Source of the DNA: Bryobacteraceae bacterium
Lineage (GTDB): Bacteria; Acidobacteriota; Terriglobia; Bryobacterales; Bryobacteraceae
Length of the DNA: 64,000 nucleotides
Direction of reading: 5' to 3'
NCBI GenBank assembly: GCA_051003795.1
Contig: JBPCKZ010000152.1
Coordinates: forward strand, 7,520 to 71,519
Shown: positions 30,870-41,029 of the stretch, piece after piece
How the letters are laid out: each line of letters begins with the position of its first letter
Numbering within the stretch: position 1 is the first letter of the stretch
Made by a program: the position numbers and the translations under genes
The notes under the pieces: model-generated
What the model saw: only the letters and a program-made list of their open reading frames with translations
Database searches by the model: none
Told to the model about the DNA's origin: nothing

Positions 30870-31835
30870 TTACCGTTTGAGTCCCGGAGCGCTTACCGGC
30901 ACGCTCCACAATTGGCCGCCGGCCGTCGCGAAAAGGGTTTTCAGATCCGGGCCTCCAAACGCGCAATTCGTGGTTTCGTCTTTTGGGAACGGAACGAACT
31001 CGATCAACTTGCCCTCGCGCGATAGGATGTAAATCCCGCCCTTGAACTCGTCGGTGGTTTCGAATTCGCTCGCCTTGTTTAACCCCGCCGCGACGTAGAA
31101 CCGCCCCTTTTGGTCCATGCGGAATCCATCCGGACCGCGGCCGTTTTTCCAATCGAAGATCGTTTTCCGGCTGTCGGGAACAATTGCACCATCGGGCTTC
31201 AGATCGAACCGGTAGATCTTCCGCGCGCCGCCGATCCGGTTGTTATAGTTGTCCGCAATGTAGAGGTAGCGATCGCCCGCCGAGACGAAAATGCCGTTTG
31301 GCCGTTCCACTTCATGCGTCGTCAGGCGCGCGATTTTGCCGGGTGCGTCGATGCGGTACACGGCCTCGATCGGCGTGCCTGCCTCGTCCTTCATCTCCAT
31401 GTCGTCCATACGGCCGTAGCGCGGATCGGTGAAATAAACGCGGCCTTTGGAATCCATCGAAAGGTCGTTCGGCGAGTTGAGCTTCTTGCCCTCGTAGTTA
31501 TCGGCGAGGATCGTGAGCGAGCCGTCTTTTTCCATGCGCGTGACGCGGCGCCCGCCGGCTTCGCACACCAGCACGCGGCCTTGCGGATCGACCAGGGAGC
31601 CGTTCGCGCCGGGCGCATTGTCGCGGAAGACTTCAACTTTGCCATCCATGGTCCGCCGCATCACCCGGTTGCCGCCGACGTAGTAAAGAGCGCTCGAGGC
31701 CGGGTCCCACGAAGGGCCTTCGCGCGCGCCCGTTTCGACGAGCAGCTTGGGAGGCCCGGTGGTGATCTTGCCGGCCGCCATCAGTTGGAAGGCGGCGGCA
31801 AAAGCAAGCACGAATCGTATCGTGCCGCCGCGCAT
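30870..31835 (-). CDS. SMP-30/gluconolactonase/LRE-family protein
   Basis: Signal peptide. EGPSWD, NSPNDLSMDSKGRVYFTDP, PNGIFVS, GPDGFRMD blocks of six-bladed lactonases. Confidence 0.85.
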   Translation of the reverse strand: MRGGTIRFVLAFAAAFQLMAAGKITTGPPKLLVETGAREGPSWDPASSALYYVGGNRVMRRTMDGKVEVFRDNAPGANGSLVDPQGRVLVCEAGGRRVTRMEKDGSLTILADNYEGKKLNSPNDLSMDSKGRVYFTDPRYGRMDDMEMKDEAGTPIEAVYRIDAPGKIARLTTHEVERPNGIFVSAGDRYLYIADNYNNRIGGARKIYRFDLKPDGAIVPDSRKTIFDWKNGRGPDGFRMDQKGRFYVAAGLNKASEFETTDEFKGGIYILSREGKLIEFVPFPKDETTNCAFGGPDLKTLFATAGGQLWSVPVSAPGLKR

Positions 31836-32716
31836 TAGCGGCCCCGGCCCCCGGCGCCTAACTCCGTATCCAGATCGTCCTTCCTCGTTGAAATTCCGAT
31901 AATCATGAACTCCAAATCCCCGGAACCGTTATTCGTGAAAGAGTGCGCCTCGTTCAACAGCACCGGCACGGCATCGCCTTTATGTATGGGCGACGTCTCT
32001 CCCCCCACGCGCGCTTCTCCATCGCCATTCAACACGTAGTAAATCTCTTCGACGAAGGCGTGCCGGTGCAGTCCGTCCGAAGCGCCGGCCGGAAGCAGCA
32101 GGTGATCCATGAACGCCCAATTGGTCAGGAACACATCGGGATCGAGCGCGCGTCGATACTGCGCCGTCCCTTGCCCGCCATGGTAGTTCTGAATGGGACG
32201 AAGAAGTTTCCGGTCGAGCCGCATCGTCATGAAGGTGGGGATCGCGTCCTTCGCCGCGCCCACGCGCGCATCGTCGAGGTTGAACGCATCGTAGTGCCCC
32301 TTGGTTTGAGATACGTTGATGTTCATGAACTCGACCGGCTTATCGGAAGGGTTGTAGATGGCGTGCGAGTGTCCCATGCGGCAGGGCGCGCCAACGGTGC
32401 CTTGCAGAACCGCGGTGCGTCCGTCGATCGTGAACTCCGCCTGCCCATCGAAGATCACGAACATCTCTTCGTTCGTATTGTGAAAATGGTGGCCGACGCC
32501 GCCGCCCGGCATGATCTGGCAGCGATGCACGAAGTTCAAATTGACGTCCATCGCGGTCGCCGGAACCAACACCTCGCAGGCCATTTCGCCAGTGCTGTTA
32601 TGCGAACGGCTGCGGGTATATTTACCCGGATCGGTATGCCCGATTCGCTGCGCCAGCGGATCGCGCGCCAGCAAAGGCACGCTTAGGGTTAACAACAGAT
32701 AACATGTAATTCGCAT
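31835..32716 (-). CDS. bicupin protein
   Basis: Two cupin motifs: GVGHHFHNTNEEMFVIFDG and GLHRHAFVEEIYYVLNGDG. Signal peptide. 1-nt TAATG overlap with the lactonase gene. Confidence 0.7.
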   Translation of the reverse strand: MRITCYLLLTLSVPLLARDPLAQRIGHTDPGKYTRSRSHNSTGEMACEVLVPATAMDVNLNFVHRCQIMPGGGVGHHFHNTNEEMFVIFDGQAEFTIDGRTAVLQGTVGAPCRMGHSHAIYNPSDKPVEFMNINVSQTKGHYDAFNLDDARVGAAKDAIPTFMTMRLDRKLLRPIQNYHGGQGTAQYRRALDPDVFLTNWAFMDHLLLPAGASDGLHRHAFVEEIYYVLNGDGEARVGGETSPIHKGDAVPVLLNEAHSFTNNGSGDLEFMIIGISTRKDDLDTELGAGGRGR

Positions 32717-32720
32717 AATC

Positions 32721-35700
32721 TTAGAACACCAGGCGCATGCCGAACTGGATGTTCCGATCGCCGCCCCCCAGTACGATTTGCCCGAATTGCGGGTCGGTCA
32801 GGTTCGTCGTGGCGCCGCGCGCTTCGAGCTGCGGATGGTTGAACACGTTGAAAAACTCGGCCCGGAATTGCGCGTTGTAATGTTCCCGGAAGCGGTTGTT
32901 TTTGATCAGCGAGAAATCCGTGTTGATGCGGCGCGGTCCCCGCAGATCCGGTTGGCTCAACGAATCCGTCGGAACGGTGAACGGCGCCGCGGTCTGGAAT
33001 GCCGTCGTATCGAACCAATGATTCAGAGTTTGTCCGCTCGATAGCACCGGATCTTTCAAGCGGTTTGCCCGCCCATTGGTCGCAATGAAGTTCAGCAGGT
33101 TCGTTTGGTCCGGCGCCTGAATCAGAATGGGCCGCCCGCTCTGGAATACGGAAATGCCGCTCGCCTCCCAGCCGCCCAGCGCCCAAGCCGCGATGCCGGT
33201 ATTCAAATATTGCCTTCCCTTTCCAAACGGCACCTCGTAAATGTAACTGAGCACAAGCCGTTGCGGAGCGTCGTTAGCTTCGAGGCCGCGGTTGTACTTC
33301 GCGTTATAGAGAGCGTTCGAAGGGCCGACCACCCACGTGTTCGATTGCGCCGTGCTGGCGATCGTCTTCGAAAGCGTGTATCCGAGCGTGAACAGAAACC
33401 CATGCGACATCTGCTTCTGAATGCGCAGCGTCATGCTCTCGTATTCCATGTCGGCATAGGGATCGCGGAAAATCAGGATGTCGCCATATTGCGGATACGG
33501 CCGCAGAAGCTGTCGCAACTGAACCGTAGGCGTCCCAAGAATACCGGTCGTGACGTTTCCATAAAACGGGTTAGACACCTGCGAAGTCAGCTTCGACCCG
33601 AGCGTCAAAAGAGCCGGATCGTTCTGGTTATTCTGCCGGTTCCAGAATAGGTGAGTCATCTTCGAGCCGACGTATCCCACTTCGGCAATCAGCGAAGGCG
33701 TGATTTCCCGTTGAATGTTGAATGTCCAGTTACTTAAGTACGGCGTAGGCCGGTTCAACTGATCGCCGCGCACGTTCTGGCCGACGAAATCGCCTTTCCC
33801 GGGTTGTTGAATGCCCGTCACAAACGCGTTGGTCCAAGAGCCGCCGGGTGGCGGAGTATTGGCGTACGGGCTGGGATTTCCGAGCGAACCCGCATCCGAG
33901 ACGAAGCCGCCGGTTCCGAAATCGGTAGATGAGGCGTTCACGCCCACGAATGTCGCGTAGAAGATTGCACCGGCGGTTCGAATAACCGTCTTGCTATTCA
34001 ACTTATAGGCAATGCCGACCCTCGGCTCGAAATTCTTGCGCTGCGGATTTTCCTGATAGCCGCCCGGCTTGGTCGACTTATAGACGCCTTTCAGTCCGGT
34101 AGTCGGCTCGATCCCGTTGAAATCGAAATAGCCGATCTGCCCGAACTTCTCCGCATAGGGAGTCGTGTATTCATAGCGCAATCCAAGATTGAAAGTCAGC
34201 TTGTTGTTGAAGCGGTAGTCGTCCTGAAAATACCCGGCGTAAAACTTCTGATACAGAAAGAGCGGATACTGCAGCGTCAGCGTGCTCGCGACCGGAATTC
34301 CGAGCAATAGGCTCGCCAAGCCATTGCCGCCATTGAGCGTTGTCTGAGTCGGATCGGGCCCTTGCGTGTAAGTGCGGTCGAAGTTGAATTGGCCGTCCGC
34401 GTATTGCGAGTTGTAAGCGTTCAGCTTGATCAATTGCAGGTCCGTGCCGAACTTGATATTCTGTCGGCCTCTTACGATCGTGAAATGATACTGCGCCTGC
34501 CACGTATCCTGCGGGTCCAGGCCCCTGGTGGCGCCGCCCAACTGATCGAAATCGGTGGGGGCCGCTTGCGTGACGCTCAAGCCGGACCCCGTGTTGTAGG
34601 TCTGGACGTTGATCACGGGAAACTGCTTATACAGAATATTGTTCGTCAGGGGCGGACCGAAACCCAGGGATTTGATGTCGAAACCCTGGCTCTTCGGGTA
34701 ACTGTTGAATTGGAGGCGCGTATAACTTAGCCGCGCCTCGCCCAAGACGTTCGGCGAAAACGTGGATGTCAGGCTGATCAAGGCTTGCGTGCCTGGATTC
34801 GAGCTAACTCCTCGCGATGCGTATACCACGCCGGGAAGCGTACTGAAATTAGCGTACGGGTTATAGCCGAAGCGCCCGAAGACTCGATGCTTCTGGTTGA
34901 TCAAGTGATCCACGCGGGCGAAGTAGTTATCGGTATTAGTTACGGATTTCCCTGTCCGGAGATAGTTATTGACTCCCTGGGGACCTATGCCGGGCTTGTT
35001 GGGTTCGGGGTAAAAAGTAACTACTTTCGCGGAAATCGCGCTGATCGTGTTCGGAGGAATAATGTTTCCGGGATACGGATCGCGGATGAGCTTCCCGGGG
35101 TTGCTCGGATCCGGCCTCGTCGTAGTCGGATCGTAAATGACATCCAGTTTCCCGTTCCGGTCGAAAGTGTGCGAGAAATCGCCCGCGCGCTGCGCATCCG
35201 TAGGCACCGTGCCGAGCACCTGATCCGGCGCGCCCTGCCGCACTCCTTCGTAATTGAAAAAGAAAAACGTGCGGTCGCGAATGATCGGTCCGCCTAAATT
35301 TCCGCCAAACAGGTTCCGTTGAAACAGCGTCTTGGCGATGCTGTTGCGGTTGTTCTGCCAGCCGTTCGCGTTGAGATGATCGTTGCGCAGAAACTCGTAA
35401 CCCGTTCCATGGAATTGATCGGTGCCGGATTTGGTCGCGATGTTGATGATGCCGCCCGCCGCGCGCCCTAGATTGGCGGCGTAAGTCGTGGTTTCGATCT
35501 TGACTTCGGCGACCGCTTCGACGGGCAGCGAAAACGAATTGCCCGATTCGGTGGTGCCCCGGCTCTCCGCGCCGTCGATGAGCACTCCGTTCTGTTGCGC
35601 CAGTCCGCCGCCGATCTGCGCCGTGGTTGCCACGCCCACAATTCCACCGCCGTTCGACTGCTGTCCGCTCGTCGGAATAACTCCGGGCGCCAGCGCCGCG

Positions 35701-36161
35701 AAGGAAAGCGGATTCCGCCCTAGCAGGGGAAGCTCCAACACCGGGCGCGTGTTGATCACCGTTCCGACACCCGACGTTTGCGCTTCGAGCTGCACCGCGC
35801 TTGCCTGCACTTCGACCGATTCCGATACGGTTCCGACTTGCATCGTCACATCAACCGTCGCGGTAAGGCCAACCGTCAGCGGAATATTTTCTATCCTGGA
35901 CGAGCGGAATCCGCTTTTCTCGACGCTCAACTCATATGTTCCCGGAGTAAGCGCGCGCACGTAGTAAAGGCCGGCCGAGTTCGACGCCGTATGCACCGTG
36001 ACGTTGGTCGCCAGGTTGCGCACGGTGACCTGGGCATCGGGAACGATGGCCTTCGAAACGTCGGAGACGCTGCCCGTAATGCTGGCCTGTTCGGCCTGGC
36101 CGAAAGCGAATGGGGCGGCGAGGAAAGCGATGCAGCAGAGACTAAGAGTTGTTCGAAGCAT
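32721..36161 (-). CDS. TonB-dependent receptor with N-terminal carboxypeptidase-regulatory-like domain
   Basis: SITGSVSDVSKAIVPDAQVTVRNLATNV...YYVRALTPGTYELSVEKSGF. 1146 aa. C-terminal ...IQFGMRLVF. Confidence 0.9.
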   Translation of the reverse strand: MLRTTLSLCCIAFLAAPFAFGQAEQASITGSVSDVSKAIVPDAQVTVRNLATNVTVHTASNSAGLYYVRALTPGTYELSVEKSGFRSSRIENIPLTVGLTATVDVTMQVGTVSESVEVQASAVQLEAQTSGVGTVINTRPVLELPLLGRNPLSFAALAPGVIPTSGQQSNGGGIVGVATTAQIGGGLAQQNGVLIDGAESRGTTESGNSFSLPVEAVAEVKIETTTYAANLGRAAGGIINIATKSGTDQFHGTGYEFLRNDHLNANGWQNNRNSIAKTLFQRNLFGGNLGGPIIRDRTFFFFNYEGVRQGAPDQVLGTVPTDAQRAGDFSHTFDRNGKLDVIYDPTTTRPDPSNPGKLIRDPYPGNIIPPNTISAISAKVVTFYPEPNKPGIGPQGVNNYLRTGKSVTNTDNYFARVDHLINQKHRVFGRFGYNPYANFSTLPGVVYASRGVSSNPGTQALISLTSTFSPNVLGEARLSYTRLQFNSYPKSQGFDIKSLGFGPPLTNNILYKQFPVINVQTYNTGSGLSVTQAAPTDFDQLGGATRGLDPQDTWQAQYHFTIVRGRQNIKFGTDLQLIKLNAYNSQYADGQFNFDRTYTQGPDPTQTTLNGGNGLASLLLGIPVASTLTLQYPLFLYQKFYAGYFQDDYRFNNKLTFNLGLRYEYTTPYAEKFGQIGYFDFNGIEPTTGLKGVYKSTKPGGYQENPQRKNFEPRVGIAYKLNSKTVIRTAGAIFYATFVGVNASSTDFGTGGFVSDAGSLGNPSPYANTPPPGGSWTNAFVTGIQQPGKGDFVGQNVRGDQLNRPTPYLSNWTFNIQREITPSLIAEVGYVGSKMTHLFWNRQNNQNDPALLTLGSKLTSQVSNPFYGNVTTGILGTPTVQLRQLLRPYPQYGDILIFRDPYADMEYESMTLRIQKQMSHGFLFTLGYTLSKTIASTAQSNTWVVGPSNALYNAKYNRGLEANDAPQRLVLSYIYEVPFGKGRQYLNTGIAAWALGGWEASGISVFQSGRPILIQAPDQTNLLNFIATNGRANRLKDPVLSSGQTLNHWFDTTAFQTAAPFTVPTDSLSQPDLRGPRRINTDFSLIKNNRFREHYNAQFRAEFFNVFNHPQLEARGATTNLTDPQFGQIVLGGGDRNIQFGMRLVF

Positions 36162-37172
36162 ATTGCGCGCCAGTTTATCAAATTTTCGAAATGGCCCGGA
36201 ACAAAAAGTCCGGAATGTTCGGTAACGGCCGCTTTCGCAAAGATTTTCGATTCATCTCAATCGTTTGCGATCCTCGCGCTGCATCGCGCCCACGATCCGC
36301 GCCTAACATCCAACCAGAAGTACCTTCGTGGCCACGAAGCTTTCGTCAGTAGCACGGTGAACTGCCTCCCGGCGCCCTAGAAAGGCTCGACGCATGGCTG
36401 GAATTCCCAGACTATGCCAACGGGAGCATTAGGAATCGATTCCCGGCAGAGAGTAGCGCTGGTTAGCCGAGCGGGCGCGGGTCAAGCTTTTCGAAGCGGG
36501 ACCGGCGTGACCAACTGTGCGATCATTCTGGCACTTACCCCAATCACCCCGCACGAGGCCGGTCCAAACGACCGGCCTCGCGCGGAGACGAAACCCGAAT
36601 CAAAATGCCGCCCGCCAGTCCGTAGTGTCTATCGATCTCAGTCGATGTCGCGAATCCGTTTCATCACCGCTTCAACCACCCGGTCGCAATGCTCTCCCAG
36701 AAACCTGCTGAGGCCCAGGCACTCCGCCGTTTCCGCCGTTTGGCAAGGGAACTTTTTACGACCCCCCGGTTGAGCGATGCCACGCAATTTCCCATCGCCG
36801 CCAAAGCCGGTTTCCCGGAAATGTGGTAAACGAACCGGATCTGATCGCCCCCAAGCTCGCGGCTCTCCACTTCTACCAGCTTGCGATTCGAGCGATCCCA
36901 GCGGTTATTTTGTTGCTTATATCGAATGACACACACGCGCGGATTTCCGCGTCCCGCTAGGTTGATTTACGAGCGTGGAAGTTGCTAAGCAAGTGCATTT
37001 CAGAGCAAATGCCGATTCGGCTTGAGATCAGGCAGGTCCCCGCGTAGTACAATCATTCCCTCCCTTGATCGACGGGAATGAAGTCTGGGGCGGTCAGCGG
37101 AGCTCGTTATCCCGCCAGCGATGCTGGTCAACCAGGCGCTTGAACCTAAGATCGTCTGTACAGGAGGACGCA

Positions 37173-37640
37173 ATGCGACATATCGGAACCAAGTTGTTTA
37201 TCGTTGCGGCACTTACCGGGTTGGCGGCTTTTGGAGCCGACAATTCCCTCGGGACCTGGAAGCTGAACATGGAAAAATCGAAATTCCATCCGGCACCCGG
37301 TCCAGTCAAGAGTCTCACGTCCACGCGAGAAGCATCGGATGGCGGGGTCAAGGCAACCAGCACGGGAGAAAGGGCTGACGGCACTCCGGTCAACGCCAGC
37401 TACACGGCAAAATACGATGGCAAAGAATTTCCCGTGACCGGAGCCCCATGGGACACGATGACTCTAAAACAGGTCAACGCGAATACCTTAACCGGCACAA
37501 CCACGAAATCCAGCGGAAAGTATCGCGGCACGAGCCGAACGGTGATTTCGAAAAATGGCAAGACCATGACTACTACCAGTAAAGGTACCGGCGAAGACGG
37601 CAAGCCGTTCCACAACGTTATGGTTTACGACAAGCAGTAA
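37173..37640 (+). CDS. small secreted protein (beta-rich, lipocalin-like guess)
   Basis: ATG 37173 preceded by CAGGAGGA. MRHIGTKLFIVAALTGLAAFGA signal. T/K/G-rich beta-strand pattern. Confidence 0.6.
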   Translation: MRHIGTKLFIVAALTGLAAFGADNSLGTWKLNMEKSKFHPAPGPVKSLTSTREASDGGVKATSTGERADGTPVNASYTAKYDGKEFPVTGAPWDTMTLKQVNANTLTGTTTKSSGKYRGTSRTVISKNGKTMTTTSKGTGEDGKPFHNVMVYDKQ

Positions 37641-37645
37641 AGCTG

Positions 37646-38896
37646 TCACTCGTATCGCAGAGCTTCGACCGGATCCAACCTCGAAGCCTTCACCGCGGGC
37701 CAAGTTCCGAAAAACAGCCCGATCGCCACCGACACCGTAAATCCCGCGATCACCGCCCAGCTTGGAACTTCGGATGGCAGCGATGGAACCAGCGCCGCTA
37801 TCAGCATCGTCGCCAGAACGGCGATCAGAATCCCCAGCACGCCTCCCACGCCCGTCAACGCCATCGCTTCCGCCAGAAACTGCCCGACGATATCCCGCCT
37901 CCGCGCCCCAATCGCCTTGCGAACCCCGATCTCGCGCGTGCGCTCCGTGACGCTCATCAACATAATGTTCATTACGCCGATGCCGCCCACCAGCAATCCC
38001 AGCCCGGAGATGGCAATCGCCACCAATCCGATCAGCCCGGTAATCTTGTCGAACTGCTCGATAATCTGATCGGGCGTCGAGATGCTGAAATCGTCCGGCT
38101 GGTTTCGCGGTGTTCGCCGGACCCGTCGGATTATCTGCTCGACTTCGTCATACGCCTGCTTGCGCATCCCCGGTTTGGCTTTCGCCACGATCATGAACCG
38201 GTCCACCTGCGGATAGCGCGATTCGGCCGTGCGCAGCGGAATCACGATCTGCGTATCGTCGTCGTTCTGGCCGAAGAATCCGCCCTTCGCTTTCGCGAAC
38301 ACGCCGATCACGGTGTACTCGGCGCCATCGCACGTGAACGTCCGGCCCACGGCATGGCCGTCCGGATACAGCGTGTCGGCCAAATCGTTCCCCAGCACGG
38401 CGACGTGGGCCACGCGCGCGTCTTCTTCGGGCGTGAAGTAACGCCCGGCGCGGAAATCCCGAGGGGAAAGGGAAGTGGAATTCGGCGTCGTGCCGATCAC
38501 CGAAAGCGAATCGGATTCAAAACCCGGAACGCGCGCGGTGAGCGGATTTCCATTCACCACGTTCGGAATGAACAACGTTATGCCGACATCCTCCACCGAA
38601 CTCGCGGAGCGCCGGATCGCATCCGCGTACTCCGGCAGAATCGCCCGGCGCTTGCGCTCTTTTTCGGAGCCGCGGCCTTGCGGAGGGCCGCTGATCTTGC
38701 TAATGAAAACGTTGTCGGGACCCAACTCGTCGAAAAACGTCACCACGCCCTTGCGCAACCCTGTCAGCAGAGACGCCACCGTAACAACCGTCGTGATCCC
38801 AATCACGATTCCGAGAATCGTCAATAGCGAGCGGAAGCGATGCGTCCACACGGCGCCGAGCGCCATGGTCAAATTTTGCGCGGGGCTGATGTTCAT
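37646..38896 (-). CDS. ABC transporter permease, MacB/FtsX type
   Basis: N-terminal TM (RSLLTILGIVIGITTVV), large periplasmic domain, C-terminal FtsX helices (ERTREIGVRKAIGARRRDI). Start at ATG 38896 overlaps the upstream stop as ATGA. Confidence 0.88.
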   Translation of the reverse strand: MNISPAQNLTMALGAVWTHRFRSLLTILGIVIGITTVVTVASLLTGLRKGVVTFFDELGPDNVFISKISGPPQGRGSEKERKRRAILPEYADAIRRSASSVEDVGITLFIPNVVNGNPLTARVPGFESDSLSVIGTTPNSTSLSPRDFRAGRYFTPEEDARVAHVAVLGNDLADTLYPDGHAVGRTFTCDGAEYTVIGVFAKAKGGFFGQNDDDTQIVIPLRTAESRYPQVDRFMIVAKAKPGMRKQAYDEVEQIIRRVRRTPRNQPDDFSISTPDQIIEQFDKITGLIGLVAIAISGLGLLVGGIGVMNIMLMSVTERTREIGVRKAIGARRRDIVGQFLAEAMALTGVGGVLGILIAVLATMLIAALVPSLPSEVPSWAVIAGFTVSVAIGLFFGTWPAVKASRLDPVEALRYE

Positions 38897-40146
38897 TCGG
38901 AGCGCAACGCCTCGATCGGATCGAGCTTCGCCGCGCGCGATGCCGGATACCATCCGGACGCCACGCCCACGATGGTCGAAACCGCGAGAGACACCAAAAT
39001 GTAAGGCCACGTAATCCGCATGCTAATGTCGAACACGCGCCCGACGATCTGCGTAACAACCGCGCCCAGCGCCACTCCGAGCGCGCCCCCCATGCACGCC
39101 ATCAGCACCGATTCGATCAGGATCTGCAGCATGATATCGAACCGCCGCGCTCCCAATGCCTTGCGGATTCCGATTTCGCGCGTGCGCTCGGTCACGCTCA
39201 CCAGCATGATGTTCATGATCACAATGCCGCCCACCAGCAGCGAGATGCACGTCACCGGAATCACGACCGCCGTCACAAGGGCGAGCAGCGTATCGATGAA
39301 TCCGCGGATCGCGTCGGGGGTGAGCGTGTCGAACGTGTCCGTCTGCCCCGGCCGGTTGTGAAACTTGGTGCGCAGAGCCACTCGCGTCAGATCCAACGAT
39401 TGCTGAAGGCTCAAGCCCGTTCCCGGTTTCGGCCGCCCGAAGATCGCGATCGATTGCCCCTGCCCGTACATCCGGTTGTAAACCGTGATCGGAATGTACG
39501 CCGATTTATCCTGGCTGCGCCCGAAGGCCGACCCCAGCTTTTCCTGCACGCCGACCACGACGAAATCGATTCCGTTGATCTTGATCTCCTTCCCGAGCGG
39601 AGAACCGCCATCGGGAAACAGAATGGCGCGCGTTTCGTCGCCGATAACGGCAACGGCGGTACGCGTCCGCTCTTCCTCTTCGGTGAAAAAACGGCCTTCC
39701 GTAAGCGTGATGTCGCGAATATCGACCAGCGAAGCGGAGACGCCCAGAACCGACGACTCCTCGCAAATAAATCCTTCGCGCTTGATATCGGCGCTGTGCT
39801 GCTGGTACGGGCTGTAGAGCGTGTTATCGCTGTTGATCGATTCGAGGTAGCGGTCGTCGGCGAGAGTGAGTTGCTTGTTGCGCCGGACCTTATCGAAATA
39901 TTCCTTGCGGCTCAGGCGGCCCGCCGACGCGATCTGCGCGATCAGGTACGAATCGCTGCCGAACGCCTTCGCCGTACTCTGCTCGGCATAGAGGCCCAGG
40001 CCTTCGATGGCCGAGCCGACCATGATGACGCTCGCCACGCCGATGATCACGCCGAGGAGCGTGAGAAAGCTTCGCAGCTTGTGCACGCGAATCGAATCGA
40101 AGGCGAGCTTCAGCGCGTTTATGAGGTCGTAGCGGAAACGTGCCAT
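38893..40146 (-). CDS. ABC transporter permease, MacB/FtsX type
   Basis: Same architecture (LRSFLTLLGVIIGVASVI ... ERTREIGIRKALGARRFDI). Start placed at ATG 40146 (MARFRYDLINALK). Confidence 0.88.
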   Translation of the reverse strand: MARFRYDLINALKLAFDSIRVHKLRSFLTLLGVIIGVASVIMVGSAIEGLGLYAEQSTAKAFGSDSYLIAQIASAGRLSRKEYFDKVRRNKQLTLADDRYLESINSDNTLYSPYQQHSADIKREGFICEESSVLGVSASLVDIRDITLTEGRFFTEEEERTRTAVAVIGDETRAILFPDGGSPLGKEIKINGIDFVVVGVQEKLGSAFGRSQDKSAYIPITVYNRMYGQGQSIAIFGRPKPGTGLSLQQSLDLTRVALRTKFHNRPGQTDTFDTLTPDAIRGFIDTLLALVTAVVIPVTCISLLVGGIVIMNIMLVSVTERTREIGIRKALGARRFDIMLQILIESVLMACMGGALGVALGAVVTQIVGRVFDISMRITWPYILVSLAVSTIVGVASGWYPASRAAKLDPIEALRSE

Positions 40147-40182
40147 CCCGTGACCAGGATAACGTAAGATGAAGAATCGCCC

Positions 40183-40572
40183 TTGCTTCGCATCGCCTAC
40201 AGCATAGAATTCCTGATCGCGATCATCGCCATCTTCACATTTTGGAGCGAGGTCGGCGGCCAAGGGCATCTCGATCTGATGGCGTGGTATTGGAAGCTTG
40301 GTTTTTCGCTTGCCGCCGCCGCGGTTTGCCTCAAACTCACCGCCGCGACGCTCGAGAAGCAGAGCGTCTGGTCGAAATCCGCGCTCCGCTGGCTGCTGGC
40401 GCTTGTGCTCTTAGCCGCCGGAGCCGGCGCCGTGACTTATTTTTATCATCTCAACGAACCGGCGGATACCGACGATAGCGAGGCAATCTATTCGTCGAGT
40501 TGGCGCGCCATCGAGTCGCAAGCGACCTCGATACATGGCGATTTTGTGGTAGTGGTTCATTTTGAAATTTGA
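40183..40572 (+). CDS. hypothetical membrane protein whose last ~8 codons come from an inserted element
   Basis: Three or four hydrophobic helices. TTG start. The 8-bp duplication (40540-40547) and left terminal repeat (40548-40564) lie inside its 3' end. Confidence 0.4.
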   Translation: MLRIAYSIEFLIAIIAIFTFWSEVGGQGHLDLMAWYWKLGFSLAAAAVCLKLTAATLEKQSVWSKSALRWLLALVLLAAGAGAVTYFYHLNEPADTDDSEAIYSSSWRAIESQATSIHGDFVVVVHFEI

Positions 40573-40604
40573 CACTTAAGTACCGAATTGGTAACTAAAT
40601 ACAA

Positions 40605-40698
40605 CGCCGTTAGTGAGGAATAATCCACCGCAGATCCCCGCCGGGCCACTTCGGGCGGGCGTGTCATCTGGACTGAATCGGCGAACAGAAGCCGACTT
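40605..40698 (+). repeat. 94-nt subterminal block (L-type end), copy 1
   Basis: About 91% identical by eye to the reverse complement of 49709-49801 (cgccgttag...ccccgccgg.ccac.tcggg...catctggactgaatcggcgaacagaagccgactt). Confidence 0.85.
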
Positions 40699-41029
40699 AT
40701 CGTTCCTAATCCGACCGACGTGGTCGAACGCTGCTTCTGGATTGTGACTGTCATAATCACGGAATGCCGGTTACACGACCAACTGCACCGCGTGATGCTC
40801 AGCAAACCCACACACCTATAGCACGCGGACCTCTCCCTCGGCGTTGTTGTTGGTGCGGAACGATGAAAATCGGAGAAGCAGTACTCTGTTGTATCTATAC
40901 TGATATTTGATCCCTGAGGCAAAGATTTTAGAGGTGGAAGCGTCTCGACACGAAATGCAAATCATCGATATCGACAAAGAGCGCAGGAAATGTTAGCTTT
41001 CGCTGCTGTCCGGAGGATCGCTACTGCGG

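Noticed and set aside
36664-36936. 90-codon minus-strand ORF (…ESRELGGDQIRFVYHISGK…) that vaguely resembles a RelE/Gp49-type toxin, with a second frame reading KKFPCQTAETAECLGLSRF…
   Set aside because: The similarity is too weak to call by eye. There is no clear partner gene, start or RBS. It may be a decayed remnant, but I cannot support a feature.
40557-40922. 121-codon minus-strand ORF inside element copy 1, and the idea of a second cargo gene or RNA gene in the 460-nt gap 40570-41030.
   Set aside because: The ORF overlaps the conserved L-type block, has odd composition and no RBS. The local hairpins (cccgcc...ggcggg and tcggc...gccga) belong to the conserved end block.
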